A stretch of 64,000 bases of DNA from Candidatus Zhuqueibacterota bacterium (GCA_049322915.1 JBMOPW010000034.1:616567-680566); one strand, 5' to 3'; shown: positions 1 to 10,721, numbered from the stretch's first letter. The notes: generated by a model not told the origin, from the letters alone. Translations and numbers: made by a program.

Positions 1-1
1 G

Positions 2-1168
2 GTGCGGGTTGCCATCGAGTATTTCCAGGATTTGTACGGCGATTACCCCTATCCCAATCTGACCCTCATCGATCCCCATCGAAATGCCATGGCGACCGGC
101 GGGATGGAATATCCGACGCTCATCACTGGCGGCACCAATTATTTCATGCCCGGCGGTATTCGGATGCCTGAGATGGTGATCATCCACGAATTCGGACATA
201 ACTACTGGTACGGAATGGTGGCCTCAAATGAATTCGAGGAGGCCTGGCTGGACGAGGGCATCAATTCCTATTGCGAGCACCAGATCCTGCATGATTACTA
301 CGGGCCGGACGGCGACATCATCAATTTCATGGGGCTTTGGTTGAACGACGTTCAGCTTCAGCGCGCCGGGTATATCTTTTCACCGGATCTCGACCCGATT
401 GTGAGACCGGCCTGGCAATTCGTCTCCACCGGCAGCTACGGCGTTAATTCGTACCAGAAGCCGGCGCTGATGTTACTAACATTGCAGAATTACCTGGGTC
501 CGGACATGATGAAAAAAATTATGCAGACCTATTTTGAGCGATGGAAGTTCAAACACCCGACCACCGGGGACTTTTTCGCGGTTGCCGAAGAAATCTACGG
601 TCAGGACCTGGACTGGTTCTTCGACCAGGCCTTCTTTTCGAACAGGGTGTTGGATTATGCCGTCTCGACCATCGTCAGCCGCGAGATAAAACAGCCGTCA
701 GGCTTTGACTTCAATTACCCGGCTCACGCTTCGACGGATTCTGGGGAAGCGCCGGACTCGCTGTCGTCTCTGCCAGTCGACGCAGCAAAGGATAGCGCTC
801 AAACCAAAGAACGAGGCGGGAAGGAAACCGGCTATTCCAGCGAAGTCACTGTTCGCAGGTTGGGCGATTTCATTTTTCCGGTGACGATTGAACTGACATT
901 TGCCAATGGTGAGAAAATGCGCCATGTGTGGGATGGCCAGAATACCTGGAAGCGATTCACCCACATCAGTTCCAGCCGATTGATCTCCGCCGAGATTGAC
1001 CCGGAGCGACGCGTCCCAATCGACGTGAATTTCACCAACAACAGTCGAACCCAGTCCCGCCCGGCCGGCAGTATTGTCAAATACACGCTCCAATTCATGA
1101 CGTGGATGCAGCTTTTCCTGGATTCGCCGGACGTGATGAACATGCTCCTCGGCTTCAGCGGGCAGTAG
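2..1168 (+). CDS. M1 family zinc metallo-aminopeptidase (5'-truncated by window edge)
   Basis: GGMEYP exopeptidase motif and HEFGH-x18-E (WLDEG) zinc motif; YQKP Tyr motif. Confidence 0.9.
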   Translation: MRVAIEYFQDLYGDYPYPNLTLIDPHRNAMATGGMEYPTLITGGTNYFMPGGIRMPEMVIIHEFGHNYWYGMVASNEFEEAWLDEGINSYCEHQILHDYYGPDGDIINFMGLWLNDVQLQRAGYIFSPDLDPIVRPAWQFVSTGSYGVNSYQKPALMLLTLQNYLGPDMMKKIMQTYFERWKFKHPTTGDFFAVAEEIYGQDLDWFFDQAFFSNRVLDYAVSTIVSREIKQPSGFDFNYPAHASTDSGEAPDSLSSLPVDAAKDSAQTKERGGKETGYSSEVTVRRLGDFIFPVTIELTFANGEKMRHVWDGQNTWKRFTHISSSRLISAEIDPERRVPIDVNFTNNSRTQSRPAGSIVKYTLQFMTWMQLFLDSPDVMNMLLGFSGQ

Positions 1169-1181
1169 AATTATCTCACAG

Positions 1182-2105
1182 GTGGAACCCATGATTTTTC
1201 AATCGATTCAAAGCGGATTTCGGCAGGCCTGGGCTTACAAAAAAATTGCATTGATCTTCTTCCTCACCAATGCACTGTTCGCCGCGATCATCGCGTTCTT
1301 CTTTCAGGAATCACTGAGCGCATTTTTGGGCAGCAGCCTTGCCGGAGGAAGAATTTTCAAATCGCCGGATATGGACATTGTCTTCGAGTTTCTGAAATAC
1401 AAAGGCGATTCCATCCGAACGATCTTTCTGCTGGCGGCTGTCATCTCTGTGCTGAACCGCCTGGCAATGCTGTATCTGTCCGGCGGCGCTCTGGCGATTC
1501 TGGACAGCGACCAACCATTTACCGGGGAGAGATTCTGGACAGGCTCTGCTCGCTATTTCGGTCGATTCCTTCGATTGGCAGGACTGGCGTTGCCGCTTTT
1601 GATCCTGTTATTCCTGGTTCCTTACGTCTACTCATGGATCGAACGGCTGGTATTTGGAGAGAATCCATTGCAGCATATCACCTTCTGGGGCGGTTGGATC
1701 AAAACAGGACTTCGCTATGGCATCCTTCTCCTCTGGGCGATGCTGCTGGATTACGGCCGCATTTTCACGGTACTCACCGAAGAGAACACGATGAGAATTG
1801 CCCTATCCACCAGCCTGGATTTCATTTTCAAAAATTTTATCGTCGCTTTTCTCATTGCGCTGATCATGGCGCTGATCCGAACCGGCGCTCTGGCTGGCTA
1901 CGCGCTGGTAAGCTATTTTGCTCCCCCGACGACACTGGTTTTCGTCGTGGCGCTCTGGTGTTTGCAACAAGGCTATTTCCTGCTGAGCGCGTTTTTGAAA
2001 GTTGCGCTGTACGCAAGTCAGATGCATTTTTTCACCGCGCGATATGTCAAACCCGAGCCGGTCATTCGCGTCAGCGATACGAGCGAAACGCATTTTGACA
2101 CATAA
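1182..2105 (+). CDS. Multi-pass membrane protein of unknown function
   Basis: About six hydrophobic segments; 13 bp downstream of the M1 peptidase; start may be ATG at 1191. Confidence 0.75.
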   Translation: MEPMIFQSIQSGFRQAWAYKKIALIFFLTNALFAAIIAFFFQESLSAFLGSSLAGGRIFKSPDMDIVFEFLKYKGDSIRTIFLLAAVISVLNRLAMLYLSGGALAILDSDQPFTGERFWTGSARYFGRFLRLAGLALPLLILLFLVPYVYSWIERLVFGENPLQHITFWGGWIKTGLRYGILLLWAMLLDYGRIFTVLTEENTMRIALSTSLDFIFKNFIVAFLIALIMALIRTGALAGYALVSYFAPPTTLVFVVALWCLQQGYFLLSAFLKVALYASQMHFFTARYVKPEPVIRVSDTSETHFDT

Positions 2106-2150
2106 AAAATTCACGATGGTTTTTTAAAATGAATTGAAAAAGGAACAGGT

Positions 2151-3527
2151 ATGCCCAGGATTTTACTGAAGAGCTGTTTGCAGGTCGTAACAATGAATGC
2201 GCGCCGGGAGCGTTTCAGCCATGCCGATGTGCTGATTGAGGACAACATCATTAAAGCGATTGGTACCGAGATCACCGAAAAATGCGAGCGCGTTATCCCA
2301 TGCGACTCGAAACTGGTGATACCCGGACTGGTGAATTCGCATCATCATTTGTGCCAGACATTGACCCGAAATATTCCCGCAGTTCAAAATGCAAAGCTAT
2401 TCAATTGGCTCACGACGCTGTACGAAATCTGGAAATTTTTCGATGAAAAAGCAATCTATTATTCGACGCTCCTCGGCTGCGGGGAATTATTGAAGACCGG
2501 CTGCACAACGACCACAGACCACCATTACCTGTACCCCCAGGGGATGGAAGCCGATATTCCTTCCATTCAATTCGAAGCGGCCGGGACGCTCGGCATTCGT
2601 TTCTGCCCGACGCGCGGTTCCATGTCGCGGAGCAAACGCGATGGCGGTCTTCCTCCGGACAGCGTTGTTCAATCCGATGATGTCATTTTGAAGCACAGCG
2701 AGGAAGTGATTCAAAAATTTCACGATCCATCGCCGCTGTCCATGAGGCAAGTGCACCTGGGTCCGTGCGCGCCGTTCAATGTCACGCCGGAGCTGATGAA
2801 ACAGACGTCGCAGTTAGCCCGAAAATACCATGTCCGCCTGCATACGCATCTGGCTGAGACGATTGACGAAGATGAATATTGCAAACAGATGTATGGCAAG
2901 CGGCCGCTCGCTTTTTTGGAGGAGTTGGATTGGCTTGGCCCTGACGTCTGGTACGCCCATGGCATTCATTTCAATGATGCGGAACTGGATTTATTGGCCA
3001 GCACCGGGACCGGAGTTGCGCACTGCCCGACATCCAACATGCGGCTTGGCTCCGGCATTGCGCGCGTGCCGGAAATGTTGCGCCGCGGAATTCCGGTGGG
3101 TCTGGCCGTGGACGGTTCCGCGTCCAACGACAGTTCCGACATGATCGGTGAAATGCGGCAGGCGCTGCTGCTTCATCGCGTCAATTCCGGGGCTGACGCC
3201 ATCACTGCCAATCAGGTTCTGGAAATGGCGACGATCGGCTCCAGCCGACTGCTGGGCCGCGATGATATCGGTTCCATCGAAATCGGCAAGGCCGCCGACA
3301 TCGCTATTTTCAATCTCAACAAACTGGAATATACCGGCGCTCTGTCCGACCCGCTGGCTGCCCTCGTTTTTTCCGGCATCTGCCATCTCGTCGATACGAC
3401 TATTGTCAACGGCAGGATTGTGGTGGAGGAAGGCCGCCTCGTTCATTTCGATGAAGATGAAATCATTCAGCAGGGCAACCAGTGCACAGCAACCATGCTG
3501 AAAAAAGCCGCTGACCATGCGCACTGA
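2151..3527 (+). CDS. Amidohydrolase, 8-oxoguanine deaminase-like
   Basis: PGLVNSHHH, HTHLAET, AHGIH and LAVDGSASND motifs; AAGGA RBS. Confidence 0.85.
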   Translation: MPRILLKSCLQVVTMNARRERFSHADVLIEDNIIKAIGTEITEKCERVIPCDSKLVIPGLVNSHHHLCQTLTRNIPAVQNAKLFNWLTTLYEIWKFFDEKAIYYSTLLGCGELLKTGCTTTTDHHYLYPQGMEADIPSIQFEAAGTLGIRFCPTRGSMSRSKRDGGLPPDSVVQSDDVILKHSEEVIQKFHDPSPLSMRQVHLGPCAPFNVTPELMKQTSQLARKYHVRLHTHLAETIDEDEYCKQMYGKRPLAFLEELDWLGPDVWYAHGIHFNDAELDLLASTGTGVAHCPTSNMRLGSGIARVPEMLRRGIPVGLAVDGSASNDSSDMIGEMRQALLLHRVNSGADAITANQVLEMATIGSSRLLGRDDIGSIEIGKAADIAIFNLNKLEYTGALSDPLAALVFSGICHLVDTTIVNGRIVVEEGRLVHFDEDEIIQQGNQCTATMLKKAADHAH

Positions 3528-3544
3528 TAATTGAGGAGAACAAC

Positions 3545-4768
3545 GTGGAATCCAATCCGAATTGGTTCATCGTGTTTGCTGCTTTTGGCGCGGGTATATT
3601 TATTGGACTCGCCATCGCCGCTCTGTTCAAAATCTTTCAGAGTAAGTCAGGCAAGGAACTTGCCAACGAATTGTTTCGCGAGAGCGAGCAACTCCGGCAG
3701 GCGAATCTCAATGCCATCCTGGAAAATATCAAGATGAGTTTCGGCCATCTGTCGCTGGATGCGCTCTCAAAATCCACCGAGGAATTTTTGAAACTGGCCA
3801 AAGCGCGACTGGATGTGGAACGCGAAGCGAGCGTTCGCGAAATGGATAAGAAGAAAAGCCTGATCGATGTGCAATTGCAGCGCATGACCACGGAACTCGA
3901 TAATGTCTCCAATCTGATGAAGGCTCTGGAACGGGATCGCGCTCAGAAGTACGGGGAGTTGACGCATCAATTGAAAGCCGCAGGGGATCAGACCTCCGAA
4001 CTGATCAAGCTGACCAGCACATTAAAAGACGCGCTGGCCAATACCAAAGCCAGGGGACAGTGGGGCGAGCGCATGGCCGAGGACGTGTTGCGCCTCGCCG
4101 GGTTCATTGAAAATGTCAATTATTTCAAGCAGAAATCCCTGGACTCGAACCAGTCCCGGCCGGATTTCACCTTCCTTCTTCCCCGCGATCTCAAGCTGAA
4201 TATGGATGTCAAATTTCCGCTGAACAATTATTTGAGATACCTTGAGTCCGGGAGTGAAATTGAAAAAGCGAAATACAAGTCGGATTTTCTCAGAGATGTC
4301 AAAGCGAGAATTCGAGAAGTGACCACCCGCGAATACATCAACCCGGAATTCAACACAGTGGATTATGTGCTGCTGTTCATCCCCAACGAGCATATTTATA
4401 CATTCATTCACGAACACGACAACACCCTGCTGGATGAGGCCATCCGCAACCGGGTTGTGTTCAGTTCGCCCATCACCCTGTACGCCATCCTTGCGGTCAT
4501 CCGACAGGCGGTCGATAATTTTGCACTGGAACGGACTTCCAACGAGATTCTGTCATTGTTCGGCGCGTTCAAAAAACAGTGGATCGAGTTCATGAGCAAA
4601 CTGGAACAGCTTGGTAAACGGATAAACGACGCGCAGAAAGAGTACGAGTCGTTGTCGACGACGCGCAAACGGCAACTGGAAAAGCCTCTCAACCAGATCG
4701 ATGCGCTGCGTTCCCAGCGGGGTTTGCCGATTGCAATCATTCCGGAAAGTGAAAGCGGGGAAAAATAA
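3545..4768 (+). CDS. rmuC: DNA recombination protein RmuC
   Basis: N-terminal TM helix, coiled coil, RGQWGE, RPD...DVKFP nuclease-like motif, LFIPNE; GAGGAG RBS before GTG. Confidence 0.9.
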   Translation: MESNPNWFIVFAAFGAGIFIGLAIAALFKIFQSKSGKELANELFRESEQLRQANLNAILENIKMSFGHLSLDALSKSTEEFLKLAKARLDVEREASVREMDKKKSLIDVQLQRMTTELDNVSNLMKALERDRAQKYGELTHQLKAAGDQTSELIKLTSTLKDALANTKARGQWGERMAEDVLRLAGFIENVNYFKQKSLDSNQSRPDFTFLLPRDLKLNMDVKFPLNNYLRYLESGSEIEKAKYKSDFLRDVKARIREVTTREYINPEFNTVDYVLLFIPNEHIYTFIHEHDNTLLDEAIRNRVVFSSPITLYAILAVIRQAVDNFALERTSNEILSLFGAFKKQWIEFMSKLEQLGKRINDAQKEYESLSTTRKRQLEKPLNQIDALRSQRGLPIAIIPESESGEK

Positions 4769-4799
4769 AAAACCCCCTGCTGTGCGTCAGGGGGTTTTT
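4768..4799. terminator. Bidirectional intrinsic terminator
   Basis: AAAAACCCCCTG-8nt-CAGGGGGTTTTT between convergent genes. Confidence 0.85.
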
Positions 4800-4855
4800 G
4801 TGTGCGAAACCTTTCAGGAGGTTTGTGTGATCTTTTTAGTGCGTGAAACCAGAGG

Positions 4856-5254
4856 CTACTTTTTCGCTAACTGAGCCCCTTCCATCTCGTAAACCATCGC
4901 TGTGACAACGCGTCTCACGGTTTTATTCTTGTCGTTTGCAGCGACCTTTTTCAGCAGGGGAAGCACGGATTCATCGCCGATTTTATAGAGCGACATGGCC
5001 GCTACGATTCTGGCGCTTGAATTCTTCTCGCTTTTCAGCATCCTGGTCAATGGTTCAATCGCCTCTTTCACTTTTCTCTCTCCGAGCAATTGCGCAGCGC
5101 TGGAACGAATGCCGACATTTTCATCGCTCAATGACTTGATCAAATATTTGTCGTATTTTTCCCCATCCGCTTGCTGAGCAAAAAGGCCGGTTGCCAAAAC
5201 TGACAGCATCAAAACGACTGCCATCGCCATACTGATTCTTGTCATGTGTTTCAT
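4856..5254 (-). CDS. Exported HEAT-repeat protein
   Basis: Signal peptide (MKHMTRISMAMAVVLMLSVLATGLFA), HEAT-like repeats (IRSSAAQLLG, ARIVAAMSLYKIG); GGAGGT RBS before ATG 5254. Confidence 0.8.
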   Translation of the reverse strand: MKHMTRISMAMAVVLMLSVLATGLFAQQADGEKYDKYLIKSLSDENVGIRSSAAQLLGERKVKEAIEPLTRMLKSEKNSSARIVAAMSLYKIGDESVLPLLKKVAANDKNKTVRRVVTAMVYEMEGAQLAKK

Positions 5255-5314
5255 GGTTTGTACCTCCGTCGTTAATAAGTTTGTTGCGATCGTTGTCCTT
5301 CTCACCTATCAACA

Positions 5315-5330
5315 TACAATCATTATGCCA
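5315..5330 (-). promoter_or_regulatory. Sigma54 (-24/-12) promoter of the HEAT-repeat gene
   Basis: Minus strand TGGCAT-AATGA-TTGTA matches TGGCAC-N5-TTGCW spacing (GT instead of GC at -12); adjacent sigma54 activator gene. Confidence 0.65.
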
Positions 5331-5380
5331 TAATTTAATGCATGTGCTTCAGTAATCCAATCATCGTTATTTCGCATGTA

Positions 5381-5393
5381 TTTCAACGAGTTA
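5381..5393. promoter_or_regulatory. IHF-like binding site
   Basis: TTTCAACGAGTTA vs WATCAANNNNTTR (1 mismatch), between promoter and UAS. Confidence 0.4.
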
Positions 5394-5430
5394 GTCTCTA
5401 ACGTTTTTGCTACATTATAATTTTCCTTCC

Positions 5431-5486
5431 TGGTACGTGAAGTTACACCTGGAACCTTTCCCCCACCAATGGTACCTTTCGTTCCA
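5431..5486. promoter_or_regulatory. Tandem palindromic upstream activator sites (UAS)
   Basis: TGGTAC-GTGAA-GTTACA (5431), TGGAAC-CTTTC-CCCCAC (5450), TGGTAC-CTTTC-GTTCCA (5470); consensus TGGWAC-N5-GTWCCA, 19-20 bp period. Confidence 0.6.
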
Positions 5487-5686
5487 AAGTTCCGAACCAG
5501 GTTTTCACTCCTCAGAACAATGATTTTCCAGGCGAAAGTGAAATGGATGCTGCAAGGGATGGGTGAAATGGGAGATGAATTGGAGCATGTTTGTGGACAA
5601 CGTATTGTGAAACAAGGGTATGGTTGCAGGGTACTTCGCGTATTAACCGCGCTGCCGCACCCCTGAAGTTCGTGATCAGTCGATCA

Positions 5687-7210
5687 TCAGGAAAGACCGT
5701 AGCGCTGCATTTTCTCGCGGAGAGTTTTGCGGGCGATCCCCAGAATCCGCGCGGCCTGGGATTTATTGTAATTCACCTGTTTGATGACGCGCTCGATATG
5801 CTCTTTTTCAAGTTCTTCCAAAGTGCCATTGCTATCTTGCGCGACGACCATCGGTATTTTCGAGGACAGACCCGGCAGAAAATCGAGGGCTAATTCATCC
5901 GACTGCTCCATGATCACCGCCCGTTCAATCAGGTTCTGAAATTCCCGAACGTTGCCGGGAAACTGGTATTCCATCAGTTGGTTCATGGCGTAATCGCTGA
6001 TCTTTTTGATTTGCTTGCAGTAGATGTCGATGTATTTTTTGAAGAAATATTCCGCCAACAGAGGGATATCTTCCTTCCGTTCCCGCAGCGGTGGAATATG
6101 GATTTGCATCACGTTGATCCGATAATACAAATCTTCGCGAAAGGTACCTTTTTTGATCTCATCGGACAGATCTTTATTTGTCGCGGCAATAACGCGCACA
6201 TCTGATTTCAGGGTTCTGTTGCCGCCAATGCGCTGAAAAGTCCCCTCCTGAAGCACGCGCAGCAGTTTCGACTGGGTCGTCAGGCTCATGTCGCCGATTT
6301 CATCCAGAAACAGCGTCGCTCCATCGGCAAATTCGAACTTGCCGATTTTCTGGCTGTGCGCGCCGGTGAACGCGCCCTTCTCGTGGCCAAATAGTTCGCT
6401 CTCCACCAGGTTCTCCGGCAGGGCGGCGCAATTCATGGTGATCAATGGTTTATCTTTTCGGAGCGATTTTTCGTGCAGGTCTCTGGCGACTAGTTCCTTT
6501 CCGGTTCCGCTTTCGCCGGTGATCAGGACAGTCACATCTTTGCCCGCGACACGATCGATCAGATTCCGGATTTTCTGCATCGCCGGCGAGCGGCCAATCA
6601 TCTCCGACCCTTCGACGCGGCGCCGGATTCGGATTTTCGGCGGCACAGACGTTGCCTTCTCTTCACTGCCAGGCATTGTTCTGGCGGAGAGGGTCTCATT
6701 CGCGCGCAGGCATTTTTCGATGGCAATGCTGGAGATGTTGACAAATATCCGCAGCAGTGTGATATCCTCATTGGAGTATTCTGTGCCATCCGATTTTTTG
6801 CCGATGTTCAAAATTCCAAGCAGCCGGCCTAACACGAAAATCGGGATTCGCAATTCGCAGTAGAAGTATTTCGCTTCGTCCTCATCAAAAACAATGAGAA
6901 ACTTGCTCATACCCTGTTCGGTGAGGGCAAATACTTCCCCGCCTTCATAAATCCACTTTTCCACATTCTCGGTCAGCTCGATCCTGGGCGGTTTATAATG
7001 ATCCGCCTTAAATCCCCGCACCTTCATCAGCTTCAAATTTTTGGCATCAAAATCGAACATCATGAGGGATGCCTGATTGCATCCTATGGTTTCGCTCACC
7101 GCATCGAGGATGTAATCCAGCGCTTTTTCGCAATCCCGGATTGGGACAAGCTCTTCGCTGAACCGCGCTAAATTTAACAGGATGGTTGTATGTGAATTTT
7201 GATCGGTCAT
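5687..7210 (-). CDS. Sigma54-dependent transcriptional activator (GAF-AAA+-Fis HTH)
   Basis: GESGTGKE Walker [40 protein letters not shown]-terminal [12 protein letters not shown]-terminal GAF-like domain, no receiver domain. Confidence 0.95.
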   Translation of the reverse strand: MTDQNSHTTILLNLARFSEELVPIRDCEKALDYILDAVSETIGCNQASLMMFDFDAKNLKLMKVRGFKADHYKPPRIELTENVEKWIYEGGEVFALTEQGMSKFLIVFDEDEAKYFYCELRIPIFVLGRLLGILNIGKKSDGTEYSNEDITLLRIFVNISSIAIEKCLRANETLSARTMPGSEEKATSVPPKIRIRRRVEGSEMIGRSPAMQKIRNLIDRVAGKDVTVLITGESGTGKELVARDLHEKSLRKDKPLITMNCAALPENLVESELFGHEKGAFTGAHSQKIGKFEFADGATLFLDEIGDMSLTTQSKLLRVLQEGTFQRIGGNRTLKSDVRVIAATNKDLSDEIKKGTFREDLYYRINVMQIHIPPLRERKEDIPLLAEYFFKKYIDIYCKQIKKISDYAMNQLMEYQFPGNVREFQNLIERAVIMEQSDELALDFLPGLSSKIPMVVAQDSNGTLEELEKEHIERVIKQVNYNKSQAARILGIARKTLREKMQRYGLS

Positions 7211-7328
7211 GTCAGCAATGTATACTTTGAGGATTCATAAAAGTTGCAACATAATCTATACTTTAACACAACTGGATCAAAATTATTCTGCTTACTGAAG
7301 ACAGCTTTCAGGTCGGCTTCCGGCTCGC

Positions 7329-8267
7329 TCATTTCATGACACCGCTTCGGCTCATGATGACGTTCAGGGCCAGCGTGAGCAATTTTGCGTCCGCAGTATC
7401 CGAACGGGAGGGAATGAGGACCGGCGCCCGGGCGCCCATGGTAGCGTGGGCCAACCGCAGGCCGGAGAAGTACGTCGTGCCTTTCGCGGCGATATTGGCG
7501 GATTCGATATTGGGGAAAAGCAGGATGTCCGCTCGGCCGGCGACCGGGGATTTGATGCCTTTTTGCGCGGCCGATTCTTCGGATATGGCATTGTCCAGCG
7601 CCAGCGGACCGTCCACAATGCAGCCGGTAATTTGTCCGCGCTCGTTCATTTTGGACAGAATCGCCGCATCGACTGTGGATGGCAGATTGGGATTGACTGT
7701 CTCCACGGCCGACAAAACCGCGACTCTGGGATTATCGTTGCCCAATGCATGAGCCACCTGAATGGCGTTTTCGAGTATCTGAATTTTCTGCTCCAGATTC
7801 GGAGCGAGATTGAATCCGCCATCGGTGATGATCAGCAGCTTATTTTCACTTTTCCGCTCCGGCCACTCGAAGAGGAACGCATCGCTGATGAGTCTGCCGG
7901 TGCGCAGGCCATGATCGGCATCCAGTATCGCTTTCAACAGCGTGGCTGTCTTCACTTTTCCTTTCAGGATGATTTCCGCATTCCCGTCATGTATTTGCTG
8001 CACAGTCCGGTAGCAGATATCCTTCTCCCCGGCTGCATCGACGATGGTGAACTGCACAGGATCGATCTCCAGCGACTCCATCGCTGCGATGATCTGAGCG
8101 CGGTCGCCCACAAGCAATCCATCCGCCATATCCATTTTTTTAGCGAGCGCTAACGCCTCCAGGGCAGCGCTATCATTCCCGGCCGCGACCACAACGCGCA
8201 CAGGTCGCGCCTGACTTATGCTCTGTTTCTGAGCATGCTCTATCAATTGATCAAAATTACAAATCAT
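7329..8267 (-). CDS. ptb: Phosphate butyryltransferase (phosphate acyltransferase)
   Basis: ILKGKVKT, LSAVETVN, VDGPLALDNA, SRSD motifs; in the same cluster as buk. Confidence 0.85.
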   Translation of the reverse strand: MICNFDQLIEHAQKQSISQARPVRVVVAAGNDSAALEALALAKKMDMADGLLVGDRAQIIAAMESLEIDPVQFTIVDAAGEKDICYRTVQQIHDGNAEIILKGKVKTATLLKAILDADHGLRTGRLISDAFLFEWPERKSENKLLIITDGGFNLAPNLEQKIQILENAIQVAHALGNDNPRVAVLSAVETVNPNLPSTVDAAILSKMNERGQITGCIVDGPLALDNAISEESAAQKGIKSPVAGRADILLFPNIESANIAAKGTTYFSGLRLAHATMGARAPVLIPSRSDTADAKLLTLALNVIMSRSGVMK

Positions 8268-8312
8268 AGGGTCTCCACAATCATTATTCGTCCTGCGTCA
8301 ACAATGCAAAAA

Positions 8313-8912
8313 TTAACTTGCCTTCCCGGCCTCGAACGCCTTGCGGTTCAATTCCAAAAACTTTGGTGGAACGCGCTGCTCGATGGCTTTCATCCAATGC
8401 TCCTCATCGAATTGAAGAAAATTGGACAATGCGCCCAACATCACGGAATTCAGCATGCGCGGATTTTTCAATTCCTCGGTAATGCGCAGACCATTCACGG
8501 CAATGATGTGCTCCGCCCGTTTTTTGCAAATCATCTCCACATCGCCCGGGTAGGCGATATTGGAAAAGAAAACTGACAGCGGCGTAATCTGCTGGTCGTT
8601 ATAAATGACAACCCCGCCCGGTTTGAGATAGTCGAGATAACGAATGGCTTCCAGTTTTTCGAACGCCAGAATGATATCAGCGTTGCCAGTCTTTATCAGC
8701 GGCGAAAAGATTTTTTTGCCAAATCGAATCTGACTGACCACGCTTCCGCCGCGCTGAGCCATGCCATGCACCTCGCTCTTCTTCGCATCCAGATCCGCCA
8801 GCATTGCAGCCAAAACCAGGACATCGCTCGCGACCAGCACGCCCTGCCCGCCCACGCCGCTCATGACAACATTAATGACAGTCGTTACTTCCGATATTTT
8901 TAAATTCACCAT
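8313..8912 (-). CDS. iorB: Indolepyruvate:ferredoxin oxidoreductase beta subunit
   Basis: GVGGQG and SEVHGMAQRGGSV motifs; start taken at ATG 8912 with AAGGA RBS. Confidence 0.9.
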   Translation of the reverse strand: MVNLKISEVTTVINVVMSGVGGQGVLVASDVLVLAAMLADLDAKKSEVHGMAQRGGSVVSQIRFGKKIFSPLIKTGNADIILAFEKLEAIRYLDYLKPGGVVIYNDQQITPLSVFFSNIAYPGDVEMICKKRAEHIIAVNGLRITEELKNPRMLNSVMLGALSNFLQFDEEHWMKAIEQRVPPKFLELNRKAFEAGKAS

Positions 8913-8978
8913 ATAGTATTCCTTTTGCATAAAATCCAAAATGGGGTTCACTTCGCCCCGGAGCCGCGGAGCATCGAA

Positions 8979-10721
8979 TTATTCCGGTTTCTGAATTGCG
9001 CCGGGTTTGCAGAGTTGCCGGCACAAATCACAGCCAATGCAAAACAGCTCATTGATTTTCGTCTTGCCATTCGCATCTTTTTCAATGGCCGGACAACCGA
9101 TTTTATGGCACATGCCGCACATGATGCACGTCTCCGCATCCACGAAATACGGCTCGCTGAATTTGATTTTCGCCCGAATCACGCACGGCGCATCAGCGAT
9201 GATGACGGATGGTTCGTCCGCAGCCATCTCCTGCTTCAGCGTGGCGATCGTTTCCTTTAAATTATAGGGATCGACTTTCACGACGCGATTCACACCGGCT
9301 GCGCGACACAAAGCTTCCAGATCCAGCTTCAACGTGGCTTCGCCTTTCAGCGTGAGTCCGGAGCCGGGGTGATCCTGATGCCCGGTCATTGCGGTGATGT
9401 GATTGTCCAGAATACAAATTTTCGATTTCGCCCTGTTGTAAACCACATCGATGAGTCCGGTGATGCCGGAATGGTAAAACGTCGAATCGCCGATGACGCC
9501 GATGATCTTGCCTTTCAATTCATCGCCGTTGGCCTTTTCGATTCCTTCGGCATAGCCGATGCTGGCACCCATGCATAAACAGGTATCAATGGTTTCAAGA
9601 GGAGGAATGGCAGCTAACGTATAGCAGCCAATATCGCCGGTGACGATCAGTTTCAATTTCTTCATGGCATAAAACATCCCGCGGTGGGAACAGCCGGGAC
9701 AGAGGACCGGCGGCCGCGGCGGGATGAGCACATCGTTCAGCACGGAGTCGGTTCTGACAGGTTCCTGGCCAAAGCTTTGCGCAATGACATCAGGACTCAA
9801 CTCACCGAGTATCGGCAGCCTATTTTTTCCTTCGACCGGAATACCCATGGCGGCAATCTGTTCTTCCAGGAACGGGTCCAATTCTTCGATGACGTACAAT
9901 TTCTGAACCTGCGCAGCGAAGTCACGAATCAATGTCCGGGGCAGCGGAAACGTGAGACCCAGTTTCAGAATCGAAGCCCGGGGAAATATTTCCCTGGCGT
10001 GCTGGTAAGCGATGCCACTGGTGATAATGCCCAGCGCTTTATCGCCCCATTCAATTCGGTTCAAACTGCACGTATTGCCAAATTCCTCCAATGCAGCCAG
10101 ACGGCGCTCGACGAGAACGTGTTTTTTCTGGGCATTGGATGGCAACAGCACATTTTTCAGTACATCTTTTTTGTAGGTCTTCCGCGCGACTTCAGTGCGA
10201 TTTTTCAATTCGACGATGCTTTTCGAGTGATTGACGCGGGTGGTTGTTCGCAGCAGAATGGGCGTATCGTAGGTCTCGCTCAACTCCAGCCCGGCCACAG
10301 TGAAATCTTTGGCTTCCTGACTATCTGCCGGCTCCAGCATCGGCATTTTCGCGGCGCGGGCAAACCAGCGGTTATCCTGCTCGTTCTGGGATGAATGCAT
10401 GGAAGGATCATCGGCGGAGACAATGACAATGCCGCTATTCACGCCCTGATAGGAAAGTGAAAAAAACGGATCGGCAGCGACGTTCAGCCCCACGTGTTTC
10501 ATGGCTGCCAACGACCGTGCGCCGCCCAATGCAGCGCCAGCCGCAACTTCGAGCGCCACTTTCTCATTGGGCGCCCATTGGGCCTGTATCTCTGCGTACT
10601 TTCCGACATTTTCAAGTATCTCCGTGCTCGGAGTGCCGGGATACGCTGTGGCAAATCGTCCGCCGGCTTCATACAGTCCCCGCGCAATCGCTTCATTTCC
10701 AGATAAAATCGCTCTTTCCAT
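8979..10721 (-). CDS. iorA: Indolepyruvate:ferredoxin oxidoreductase alpha subunit
   Basis: GNEAIARG, YPGTPSTE, KHVGLNVAADP, LCPGCSHR, GDIGCY, GDST TPP motif, two C-terminal ferredoxin Cys motifs. Confidence 0.95.
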   Translation of the reverse strand: MERAILSGNEAIARGLYEAGGRFATAYPGTPSTEILENVGKYAEIQAQWAPNEKVALEVAAGAALGGARSLAAMKHVGLNVAADPFFSLSYQGVNSGIVIVSADDPSMHSSQNEQDNRWFARAAKMPMLEPADSQEAKDFTVAGLELSETYDTPILLRTTTRVNHSKSIVELKNRTEVARKTYKKDVLKNVLLPSNAQKKHVLVERRLAALEEFGNTCSLNRIEWGDKALGIITSGIAYQHAREIFPRASILKLGLTFPLPRTLIRDFAAQVQKLYVIEELDPFLEEQIAAMGIPVEGKNRLPILGELSPDVIAQSFGQEPVRTDSVLNDVLIPPRPPVLCPGCSHRGMFYAMKKLKLIVTGDIGCYTLAAIPPLETIDTCLCMGASIGYAEGIEKANGDELKGKIIGVIGDSTFYHSGITGLIDVVYNRAKSKICILDNHITAMTGHQDHPGSGLTLKGEATLKLDLEALCRAAGVNRVVKVDPYNLKETIATLKQEMAADEPSVIIADAPCVIRAKIKFSEPYFVDAETCIMCGMCHKIGCPAIEKDANGKTKINELFCIGCDLCRQLCKPGAIQKPE

